In this document: positions 26,391 through 38,400 of the stretch, piece by piece | Numbering within the stretch: the first letter of the stretch is position 1 | How the letters are laid out: every line of letters starts with the position of its first letter | Source of the DNA: Geosiphon pyriformis uo1 | Taxonomy: Eukaryota > Fungi > Glomeromycota | Length of the DNA stretch: 64,000 bases | Direction of reading: 5' to 3' | Assembly: GCA_016748015.1 (NCBI GenBank) | Contig: JAAOMT010000595.1 | Coordinates: 128,282 to 192,281, forward strand | The notes under the pieces: generated by a model | The model's input: the letters and a program-made list of their open reading frames with translations, nothing else | Database searches by the model: none | What the model was told of the DNA's origin: nothing | Program-made: the position numbers and the translations under genes

Positions 26391-27773
26391 TCAATTGGAC
26401 GTGTTGTTGTTAATGATAATGATTGGTTCTAGATCTTGTGGAATCTTATCTGGTTGGACTAGTATTTACTGTACTCCTAATTGTGGAATATTACTGGTGG
26501 ATAATGATGCTATATGGTGGTATGGTTTCAGTCAATTTCCATGTGCTGCTTTGGTCAAGATTTTGTCATTCAATCTTAATTTGTAAGCTCTATTTCCTAA
26601 AATTTTTTCTATGTAAAATGGTCCATCCCATTTGGAGTCAAATTTTCCACTCTATTGTTTTTTCGCTTTGGTACGATGTAGTAGTACTTTGTCTCCAATC
26701 CTGAATTTAACTGGTTTATCTGGTAGTTAGTTATTATGTCTTTCTTTTTGTTTCTCTTGTGACTTTTGTATGTTATCAGCTGCTCTTCGTTATTTGTTTT
26801 CTAATGTTTTCATTAAGTTATATGTTCTTTTCAACAATGTATTTTTGAAATTTTCTTCTGTTATTGGTTCGATTGGGTATGTGCTGACTTCTATTTCCAC
26901 TGGTAGTGTTGCTGTTCTACCATATACTAATTCAAATGGTGTTGCTTGTGTAGTATCTTGCTTTATTGTCCGATAAGCAAATAGTACTGATGGTATTAAC
27001 AAATCCCAATCGTTCTGGTTTTTTTGGCTGAGTTTAGCTATTGCTTCACACAATGTTTTGTTGAATCTTTCGACTAATCCATTGGTTTGTGGATGGTATG
27101 GTGATGATAATGGTCTTTTAATTCCGAACTTTTGGCTCAATTCTGTTAATGTTTTGTTTACAAAATGAGTTCTTTGGTCTGATAATAATTCTTTTGGACA
27201 TTCATGTCAACAGATCAAATCCTGATGAACAAATTTGGTAATGAATTTTGCATCCACTCTTTGAATTGCTTTTGCCTCAGGCCATTTAATGAGATAGTCC
27301 ATGGCTACTGCTATGTACCTGTTTCCTCCACTGATGATTGTTAATGGTCTGACTAGATCAATTCCAACATGGTCAAATGGTTGTCCTACTTTGATTGGTC
27401 TTAATGGTTTACTGGGTTTTGTACCTCCTTTTTGCTGACAAACATTACAATTTTGAACATATTGGATGATGTCTGGATACATTAATGGCCAATAATATTT
27501 TTTTCTGGTTCTTTTCATGGTTGCTTCTTTGTGAAAATGTCCTGCTGTTGAATTTGAGTGCATATTGAATAATATTGTCTTTTTTTCTGGTTCTGTAACT
27601 ACTCTGGTTGATTGATCTAGATTTTTTCTTTTTTTTCAATAAAGTATATTTTGGTGAGTGATAAAATATTTTGATTGTTGTTTGATACTCTTTCATTCCA
27701 TTTGAGATAAATTCTCCTTGAACTGTTGAGTGTTTATATAATGTTGCAGTTGTTAATATTTTTGTATGTTCAT
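26391..27773 (-). pseudogene. Gypsy B integrase (stand-alone ORF2)
   Basis: MNIQKY start, MHSNSTAGHF..CNVCQ, PFDHVGIDLV, YHPQTNGLVERFN. Confidence 0.9.
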
Positions 27774-27835
27774 TTTTTGTTACATTTTTCGTTGGTATTG
27801 TTCTGGTTTTGTTATATTTTTGTGTTAAAATGTTC

Positions 27836-30800
27836 TTAGATTTGTCTTATTCATGACAAACTGTCAGCATTTCCATTGTCTTTTCCTTTTTTGTAATGTA
27901 TAGTATAATTGTATGATGTGAGTGCCATTTTTGTAATGTATAGTATAATTGTATGATATAAGTGCCATTTTCTATTTTAACTGTCTTCTATCTCCAAATT
28001 CTTGTTTTTGGAGTGATGTCAATCTCTTGTGATCTGTGTATACTTCAAACTTCTGGCTTAAGTATTTTTTCCATTTTATAACTGCCCAGTATATTGTTAA
28101 GTGTTCTTGTTCCAGTGTTCCATAGTTCTTTTCAGCTGGTGTTAAACCTCTGCTGGCATATGCTACTGGATGTTATCTGCTGTCTGGTCCTCTCTGAGAT
28201 AATACTGCTCTTAATGCTTGGCTGGATGCATCGGTGGTGATGATAAATGGTTTGCTGTAATCTGGATACATCAGTACTAGAGCTTAAATGAGCTTTCTTT
28301 TCAAAATGTCAAAAGCTTCTTGTTGGTATTCTTGGTTCGCAGTTGGTTGAGTGGCTGCGCTATCTTGGAAAAGTTCTTGATAAAATGTTGATAGTAACTG
28401 GTGAATTCCAAGAATGATTTCAGTTCTGTCATATTGGTCGGCACTGGAAAGTTCTTTACTATCTCTATTTTTTCTGGATCTGTTTTGATGCTGTCTTTGC
28501 TGACTATGTGTTCTAAGAATTTTAGCTCTGTCTTGCCAAAGAAGCACTTTGTTGCATTTAACTTTAGCCCTGCTCTTCTTAGTCTTTTGAACATTTGTTG
28601 AAGATAATGAAGATGATCATTAAATGTTTTTGAAAATACGTTGGTGTTATCCAAGTATACAACTACTGATTTCCACAATAAGCCAGTATAGACAATTTCC
28701 ATTAGCCATTGGAAAGTGGCTGGTGCGTTGGTTAAACTGAATGGCATTACTTCAAATTTAAAATTCCCTTCTCTCATGGTAAATGCCGTCTTCTCTTTGT
28801 CGGCTGGATCCATGGCTATTTGCCAGTAACCACTATCTAAGTCTAACATTGAGAACCATTTGTTTCTGCCAAAAGCATTGAATAATTTCTATATCTGTGA
28901 AGTTGGATAGTTGTCTCCATGAGTTACACCATTGAGTTTTCTGTAGTTCACACAAAATCAGATCTTTCCATTCTTCTTATGGACAAGTACTATTGATGAT
29001 GACCATGGGCTCATTGATGGCTGAATTAGCCTATTGTCAAGCATCCAGTTTATCTCTTGACGAATAATCTCATGGCTGACTGGTAGCACTCTGTATGCTT
29101 TTTGTTTAATTGGCATTACATCTCCAGTCTTGATCTAATGCTGGATGATGTCAGTTCAGCCAAACTTATTTTCACTGGCAAAGATGTCATTGAACTGGTT
29201 GAGCAACATCTTGAGTTGTATACATTGGAGTGGATTTAAGTTTCCCATGTTCATTTGTTCCAATTGTTCTGGTTGGAGCAAATAACATTCACTTTGTTCA
29301 TATATTGTTTGTGATGTGATATCAACATATTCACAAAGTTGTGGAAAGTCTGAAATGGGGTTTGGTAGTTGATTCTCCATTTCAGTGCTTAAGTATTCAA
29401 TAATGGTTCCGGCTGGTATTTCTATGACATTTTCTGTATTGTTGTAGATGGGAATTTTGATGTGGCTGTAATCTTTGGCTGGTATGTGGAGATTGATGAG
29501 TCCAACTTCTCCTAATTCACAAAAACTGGCTTCTGCTTCAAAAATTTGTGCTTGGTTTTTTTTCTTCCTTTCTATTGCTAGCATGTACTGGTTATATGGT
29601 GAAATAGAAATAGCTTGACCAGTTAAGATAATTTCTCCTTGGCCAACAATTTCTTCCTCCATCATATTAACTGATACATCTATTCTACCCATTGATTCAA
29701 ATTCCTGTATTCCTCTCACTGTTATTCCTAATTCCTCTCTCTTTCCTATTGATACTAACTGGGCTACTCTAACCAGAAGCAAGAATATTGCCTGTGCTAT
29801 CTTTTCATTGGGCTCTATTATATAGGCCTTTTCTGAGTCATTTTGTAGCATAGCGATGATATTTCCTACATATCCCGTGTTAATTATTTCTCCTCTTATA
29901 TTAATCCCTCTTTTTGCTAAACTACTCCTAGATGCTAATTGAATCATTGTTGTTGCCAAAATTTCTAGTGCTACTTTCAGATCAATGCAGGTATGTGAAT
30001 GTGGTTCCAATTTAATGACCTCTTTTCCTGGATACCTCAGATCAAACCCTGTATCAGTATCATGCATACGTTTTGGCATAATACTCTCCTCATTATCACT
30101 ATACCATTTCAACTCTTGTTTCTTGGAGAGATCTGGTAATGCAATGTATTGTTCATAATTTAAATTGGAGTTTGAATCATCTTTGTTGTCATTGCTATTT
30201 TGAACAGAGCTGGAACTGGTGTTTTCGTCATCATCATTGGAGTCTGGATCGCAATTGATCAGCGATTCTGATTCTGATGCACAGCTACTGATTGGTTCTT
30301 CTTCTTCAGGGATTGTGTAGATCATGTGTGGTGGTGGATTGTAAATAAGGTCACAATCATCACAATATTTAAAGTCACTGGAAATTAAACAGTAGTGACA
30401 AAGTCTTGTATTTAACTGTGCTAACCATTGTTTTTGCTCTTTTCTAGTGGGTGCCAAGTTTTGGTAGTGTTCATGGAACTTTTTTGGTTCCAGAAAATTT
30501 ATGACTGGCTTTGTGTCCCAATCAAGCTTGATGGGTTTTGGTGGGTTGTTTTTAATTGTCCTGATTTTTTCTGGCGATGCGCTTTCAATTTTGGTGATTG
30601 CCATTCACCATATTTCATCGTTGTTGTGTGAACAACTGTCCAATCGCTGTACAGCTCTTCTTCAGGTGGCTTCTATGGGTGTTTCTTTCTCGACCCAGTC
30701 GCTGATGAGGATCGTGTATTGGCAGAACACATCACACATTCCTCCTCTTCCCAGAATGTCGTTCCACATTCTTTTGTCAAGGAGAGTTTCTCCACAGGCT

Positions 30801-33800
30801 ATACATGGTGTATTATTCCATTTTCCCACTTGTTTTGGTTCTCCAAAATGTTCAACATGGCATGTGCGGCAATAGAACTTGGTTGCTGTCTGATATTCTC
30901 ATTGTCGCCACAGCATGCGCTCATTGACAACAATTTCTTGCCACAATCAATGCATATTAGTTTGGGTTGGTGATAGGTTGATGATTGTTGTTGACCATAG
31001 GTGTATGGGATATAAGTATTGTTGGCTTGAGTGTTTTCTTCTTTCCTCTTTTTTTTTTTTCCCTTTTCTTCTTTCTACTCCCAACTCGATGGTTTTTTCT
31101 GTTTGTTGTCAGTCCAGGTCAAATTGTCTGTTTTCCAGATCAGTTCCTCTTTTTGCTTTCCCTTAGGGTTGTTGTTTCACAAGAGTATCAGTGGTAGTTC
31201 ATTGTGGTTGATGTCAGCCCAGGAGACTTGATAAGTTTCCCAGGTAGGTTTCTCTTTCTCTTTCTTCAGTTCTATTAATAGTTTTTTTCTTGGAGGAGTC
31301 TTGAAATGACCACATGTGGCTGGTACACATATGTGTTGGCCTTGATATGTTAACTGGATTTTCTAGGTGTTCCAGTCTAATGTCATGTTGACTTTGGATA
31401 GCCAGTTTTTACCAATGAGAGCTTGGTATTGAGTGGCTTCTATCACTAGAACTTTAATGGAAGTTACGATGCCATTTACTTCAAAAGGGAAGTCGTCAAT
31501 TTTGCTGATTGGAGTTTTGGTTGCTTCATCAGCTGTGATAATTCTGGCGCTGGCAGCTCAATCAACTCAGTGACCTAATTAATCCATGAGTTGTCATGTA
31601 ATGATGCTGTCTGCTGAACTGCTGTCAAGAATCAATTTGATGGATTGTCCCTTGACTTTGGCGTCAGTGTACATTGCGGTGATTGGTTTGGCTTCAAGAG
31701 CAGCTTCACTAAATAATGGCGTTATAGTTGTTTCCTCAAACTCAAATGGAAATATAGCAGCCAAAGACTCATCTTCAGTGATGGTAGCAGGTGGGATATT
31801 ACTGGTGAATAGTTGTTTTTGGGCAAATGCCAGATTATTGGTTGAGGCATCTTCTGAGGTGACCAGGAGACTTAAATAGTTTTGAGAATTCAGGTTCTGG
31901 GGCTGACTGGGCCCCAAATTCTACTGGCATAATTCAGATAGTTGCTGTGAAGAACTGGGAATCAGTTGATGGACTACTATTGCCAATCTTCAGTTCTGTT
32001 GAGTCATTCTCAGTCTTTGGATTCCATTGGGTGGTAATCTTTGGGGTGGTGTTTGGATTTGTTGGGGCTGATAGATTATTTGTGGCTGCGGTTGTTGATA
32101 AATTACTTGTAGCTGCGGTTGATAGATTGGATCTTGATACACCAGAAATTAATAGACTGATGACTGCATCACTGGTAGGTAAGCAGATTGGTCTTGATTT
32201 GGGTATTGATTTGGAGTTTGGAACCGGCAATCGGGATTTTGATATTGATTTTCTGATCATTGGTTATTTAGATGCTGACAACAGTCAATTTGAATATGTT
32301 CTTGTTTACCACAATAGTGGCAGATATGTGTTTCCTGTTGCCATTGTTGATTGGTTGATGAAGATGGACGTGGTTGATTTTGGGCACAATTAGAGTTTCC
32401 TTGATTATTGTGTCATTGTGGAGGCTGATAAATGGTGTGATTGTCAGCTAAGTATCCTTCCAATCTCTTATTAATTGATTCACTGAACTTCTTCAATTTG
32501 GAATCCAATTCAGATGATCTATTTATCACTAGATTAATGGCCTGGAAGTGGTTAGCCTCTGATTCAGTGGATTCAAAATCTCTGGCATGTGTGACTGTGT
32601 CTTGAAGGGTGCCTGGATGCAATGGATATACATGTTGCAAGATGCTGCTGTGCAGGCCATGGATAAACTAGTTGAGTATCTGTGGAGCTGTGAAATAGTT
32701 GGCATCAATTGCTTGAATTTGGCATAGGTTTTAATGGAAGCATCCTAAGTAAGTGGTGACTGCTTCAGTTTCTCTTTGTTTCATGATGGTGAATGTATTG
32801 ACTAGGTAATTAATGCTGTTATTGTTGTTGAAGTATCTTAAGAATTCTGCTTTGAAGGCATTGAAATCTTGTAGTTTATTAACCAAGCTCTGATACCATG
32901 AATTGGCGGTATTTTTGAGAAAGTAAGAAATGGCTTGCATTGCTTGGGTGTCATTCCATCCATTGGCTACAATGACTTTTTTTACATCATTCAGCCATAC
33001 TTGAGTGTTATCCTCTTCGCCAGTAAAGTTGTCAAGTTTTGCAATTGGTGTGTAGGTCATTGGATCTAAATTAGGTGGTTGTGGTGGCTGTTAAAGCAGT
33101 TGTTGTTGTACTGATTGTTGGGGTGATAGTTGAAGTGACTGTTGTATGGATTCAGCTATGGGATTAATTGGCAGTTAATTGATGACAATTACTAGAGGTA
33201 AGTTTTGCTGATTAATTAATTCGGGGTTTTGGATTGTTTTGCCTTTGATGATTCAGAGTTTTGATTTCTGAATTTTCTAGATTTAGATTTTGCTAAGTTT
33301 AAAAATTTGGGGTTTCAACTTCTGGGTTTTCAGTAATTGGGTGCTGGTAAGTGAATTCTTGATCCTCAAATTCTTCTTCCTCTTTTTCTGATTCTGCTGC
33401 TTCCCATAGATCAGAGATTCCGAAATCTGGTAGAGATGATGGTGATCAAAATCCTGATGGGGTTGATTATTGTAAATTAAATCCCTCAAAATATTCATCA
33501 TATGGTCCTAATAATTCTGTTTTTCTTTGTCTACTTTGGAATGAGAATTGTCCAAATGCTGATGTCACAGTTGATGGGAATGTGTCTGTTGATGATATGT
33601 TGATGGCACTTCCAGATGTATAGTGGTAGGATGGGTTGCTTGGAAATTCAATTCTGTTTTTCTTCCAAGTAGATGGCTGTATTTTTCTGGATGTTACTGC
33701 TGGTGTTTGTAGTTTTCCCTTGCCTTTACTAGCATATGTAATTGGATATCTTTGTTGAGTGTAGTGTTCAATTTCTTTGTTGATCTCAGTAATGATGGAT

Positions 33801-34042
33801 GCAAAATTATGATTTGTTGGCAGGTTGGTGTTTTGAATTAACTTCTTATAGAAAGTTTCTCTTGCTGATTCAGTATTCACTGGTGTTCTTAATAAAGAAG
33901 AAATCTTTTCATTGACATAGAAATTGAAGACTGATTTGGCAGATATATGATTGTGGTTTAATCCCAAGTATTGACAATAGTGTTGAAATAAGAATTTTGT
34001 GAATCCTAAATGGTTTGCTCTTATATTTTCTGATTCTGTCAC
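27836..34042 (-). pseudogene. Gypsy B gag-pro-Cys-rich-dUTPase-RT-RNaseH
   Basis: GTG start (34042), capsid Met at 33060, LILDSSS protease, dUTPase ~29685-30110, LDLDSGYWQ and YLDN RT motifs, TDAS RNase H. Confidence 0.92.
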
Positions 34043-34084
34043 TTTTGGATGGTGTTTGTTGGTGCTGGTTCTCTGTAGGATTAT

Positions 34085-34102
34085 ACTTCACAGGGAGCAC
34101 CA
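34085..34102 (-). other. Primer-binding site TGGTGCTCCCTGTGAAGT (same in D at 45786-45803; C variant 35378-35395; E variant 59671-59688)
   Basis: Starts TGG 2 nt inside the 5' LTR. Complementary to a tRNA ending ...CACAGGGAGCA-CCA (Ile-UAU or elongator Met-like; not resolvable here). Confidence 0.8.
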
Positions 34103-34311
34103 AATGTTACAAATGATTATTTCTACTGTTGAATTAAATAACAAACCTGTAACTTGGTGTTCCAAAGCTACTTCCATGGATAAGATTCTACAAGTGTTAT
34201 ATCTGAAGGTTTGATGGAGTCTTTTGTATAATGAACAGAGATTCAATAGTGTTGATAGTAGATGTATCTTTCCAAGAGTTTTCCCAATTTCTTTCTCAGC
34301 ATGGTGGCTGG

Positions 34312-35375
34312 TATTACCTGAGTAAAAAAACCGATCCAAAGTTATAAAAAAATATGATCAAAACATAATATAACACAGAATAATACACAATAACATTGGA
34401 TAATGCATTATAATGTAGGATAACGTGTTATAATGCAGGATAACACAGAATAGTACGCAATAACATAGGATAATGTGTTATAACGCAGGATAACACAAAA
34501 TAACATGTAATAACATTAGATAACGTGTTATAACATAGGATAACTAGTGATAATGTAGAAAAATGAAGCAATAACAGAAACAACAAAGCAATAGTTAGTG
34601 ATAGTAAGACAATTGAAAGCAATCCTGTAAAACCAAAAGAATGTATAAAAGCAAGTAGTTGTAAAAGTGAGAAAAGACAGACAGATAGATATAAACCTTT
34701 AGACAAAAATTAAATATCCATACCCCTTTATCCTTTATTATCTTTCCTATTTCATCTCCTGAAATAAACCAATTATTAAAAAGAAATCAGAATCATGAAT
34801 TTATGTTCTCGAACTTCGTGAAATTTACGTGAATTAACCCTTGTCTCATACTTCCATTCTAGGACAGATGCTCTTAGCATAACCACCTCAAACTTATTAA
34901 CGATTTGGACCAATCACTCTTGATTACGGCAATTGACAATACTAATTTATCTTTTTTTTTTCTTTTTTTTTCTTTTTCTGTCTTATTTTTGTGAAGCAGC
35001 AACATAGTAAAATCGACTGTCTGAAAATAGACTTCATGATAGCCTGGTAAAAAAGGGAAGCTCCCCTTAAGTTTTGGATATTAACATTATCTTGTTAGCT
35101 TATCAGAAGGGCGAAAAGACAACACCAGACCCTAATGACTGCACTCATTAACTCAGAAAAGAAAGCTCACATTTACGAAAAATGTTACAATCGACGAAAG
35201 ACAAACTCTGTGCCTTATAACCAAAGAACTCAATGGGTAAATTCACATCCAGGAATAGACCTTCAAAGACTGATAATCAAGACTAAGCCAACAGAATTAC
35301 GCAGAAGATGCATCATCTATAATTGAGAGCACCAAACATTACCATTTCCCATACTCACCAAGTTTACCCATAACA
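34312..35375 (+). repeat. 5' LTR of element C
   Basis: Direct repeat of 43425-44478. Confidence 0.95.
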
Positions 35376-35437
35376 TTTGGTGCTTCCTGTGAGGTTATAA
35401 ATCCACAGAGACAGAGCACTTCCAAAAATACATAAAA

Positions 35438-38400
35438 GTGGCAACTATTGAAACAATAGGAAAGGACCACTCCTCGTACAGAAAAGCACTATTTTAATAC
35501 TTTTGAAAAAACCTAGGAATACCAGCAGAAATCACTTATGCAGAAAGTGATTTTTGTAACTATATCAACACAAAAATCAACTGCTTGTTAGGCTGCGCAA
35601 CTGATACAGGAAGACTTGGAGAACAAATCTATCAAAGCTTACTAGGGTACTCAACAGCCACAACTACCCGAGCAATTGCTGAAACTCTGTGTATAATCAA
35701 TACAGACATTAAATATTACATGGCACAATGATTTCCTCAAGTACAACAACCAGTAGAATCCGATCCTGAGAAATATAAAAACGAATCCAACAACTCTGTA
35801 ACTGCCCAAGCCAAGTCCACAGTCAACAAGAAACCAAGAGTCCTCTCCCCAACAACTCTATTATACTATCAGACACCCCAGAGTAGAATTGTATTCAACT
35901 CACCCCTGGAAACCCAGTCAGAAACACCACAAACTCCTAGAAATCCACACCCTTGGAATCAACACAGTTGGACCAAATCACTTGAAAAATATGGATTGCT
36001 GTTTAGAAATCTTACCCCAGCAGCTGGTCAAACAGAAGGAAACCCATCAACTTGAAAACAGTCACCAGCACAAAACCTAGCAAAATCAGCATCTCTTCTG
36101 ATAGAAGAAACAGCTATCTTACAACCAATTGGTTCAAGTGACAAAGGAAAGCAACCAGCATTAGCACCCAGAGAACACTCAAATATGCGGACACCAATCT
36201 CTTTAAACATAACCAGTAACACCCCACCCATTAACCAGATCATGGCTTACCAGGATATTGCTAAATTGGAAAAATTTTCTGGTGAAGAAAATAACACATA
36301 TTCTTGGATCATGGATGCCAAGAAAGCAATTACTGCTAATGGTTGGAACAATGACCACACAATTCAGGCACTGCTGTTCTTTCTATCCAGAACTGCCAAT
36401 TTATGGTAACAGAGCTTCGCAGAGAAGCCTACCTCCTTTACCGAGTTTAAACTTGCATTTCTGCAATACTTCTGTGACTCCAATACATTAATCTGATTGC
36501 AAAATCAATTCAGCATAATTAAACAAAAAGATCATGAAGCAATAACTACTTATTTCAGATGATTCAATCAAATTCTGTGTCAAATATTAGTTATTGAAAG
36601 AGACTACTACACTGTGGCGCAAGTTTTTAATCAATTCATTAAAGAATTGCAGAGTGGTATTCTAAGGTCCGTAAGACCCCACCATCTGACCAGTTTACAA
36701 GATGCCATCACTCTTGCTCACAATTTTGAGTCTGCAGAACAAGAAGCAAACCATACCCAAGCCATTAATTTAGCCATTAATGGAACCTCTGACATTGATG
36801 CAAAGATAACCCAATTGAGTGAGAAACTAACTTAGAAAATTGAGGGATTTTTAGCTGGAACTACAGGAACTTACCAACCACCCCAACGGAGAGAAAATAA
36901 TAACAACAGCAGATACTTACAGCAACAGAACTGTCAGCAACAGCAACAACCTTGGAGATCCAATCCTTGCAACTGTTACTACTGTCAGAAATCTGGACAC
37001 ATCACCCGTAACTGCAGAAGGAAGATTATGGACCAAAATCAAAGAAACCCATACCAGCAATCCAGATATTAGCAAAACATGGTACCCCAATATTCCATAC
37101 CTCAAAATCAACCGTTTCTATACACACAACAAGTCCCGTACACTCAACCACCACCCCAGAATTATTATCAACCACCACCAATAACACAAACAATCTCTCA
37201 CTATCAAACTTTCCCTTACAGCCCATCCAGACTTTGAGCTATAGACTATAATCAGGGATGAAAAAATCCCAACAACAATCAGGTACAAACCAATAGTGGA
37301 CTGTTTCGACCAATCCCTCACAGTCCTGCCCAATCTCGACCAACACCAACTGGATACCCAAATCAAGCTTCTTATCTCAGTCTTATGGAAGACCAAAGTT
37401 TTAATAAATCTACATCTGTGGAAGGAGAGGATATAGAATAAATCTCCCAACCTTCCAAGCAAACAAAAAGCAATATCCCACCAGCCATTATTACCAAAGA
37501 CACCATCCTAGCCACCATATTTCTTTTTGACATCAATAATTTAAACACCCATAGCCTTTTTAGTAGAACAGCCATCAATCAGGATAAACCAATAATGGCC
37601 CTATACACCGATGCCAGAGTCAGAGGAATAGACATTAAATTAATCCTGAATAGCAGATTAGCTGGTAGCATAATCACGAAGCAGCTCATGGACCAACTAG
37701 ATTGCTGAGTAGACTGTGCTGCTACCACCCGGATCATTACAGCGGATGGAAACACAAAAACCCCAATAAGAGAAATTGACAACTTCTCCTTCAAAATTAA
37801 TGGAATTCAAATCTCTACCAAAGTACTCATTATAAAAGCTATTCAATATCAAGCTTTAGTAGGAAACAATTGGTTGTCAAAAGCCAACGCTACTCTTGAC
37901 TGAAACACCCAAAAACTTCAATTCACGTTCCATGGACAGCATGTCCGAGTCCCAGCTACGTGCGGACACTTTAAAACCCAACGTACCAAGAAATCCCTTA
38001 TTGAATTCAAAGACACCAACCATCGAGACCTATTAGGTTTCATGGGCGGATAATTATCAAACTGAACTATCCCCACCATCAACCTGGGAAGAAAAAGGAA
38101 AAGACAGAGCTGAAGAAGAACCCCAATTGTCATTACTAGGATATGTAACCTCGGACCAAAGAAACTTATTTTACCAACCCCCAAGACTAATATGTGTTGA
38201 TTGTAGAAAAAAACTATCCACTATGAGCACATGTATTGGGGACAACAAAAAATGGCCCACCACCACCAAATACTATTGCAGACCTTGTTTACTGGAAAGA
38301 TTTGAATGACCAAAATGATGAGGCAAGTGAAACAACACACCATGTCTCACATGTGGTGAAATCCTGCCAGATAAAAGACTCTAGAATGATTTGCCTGGCA

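Noticed and set aside
31934-32260. Ser/Thr-rich ORF as an extra gene
   Set aside because: It is an alternative frame of the Gln/Pro/Tyr-rich Gag linker seen in A and C.
34088-34339. U5 ORFs ending EHQ...NIWC.L in B and C as a conserved peptide
   Set aside because: The similarity is confined to the anti-PBS and PBS nucleotides; frames disagree elsewhere.
34428-34706. Hydrophobic 92-aa ORF (also 43541-43819) as a membrane protein
   Set aside because: It is an antisense reading of the A-rich 10-bp U3 array; it is duplicated only because it lies in the LTRs.
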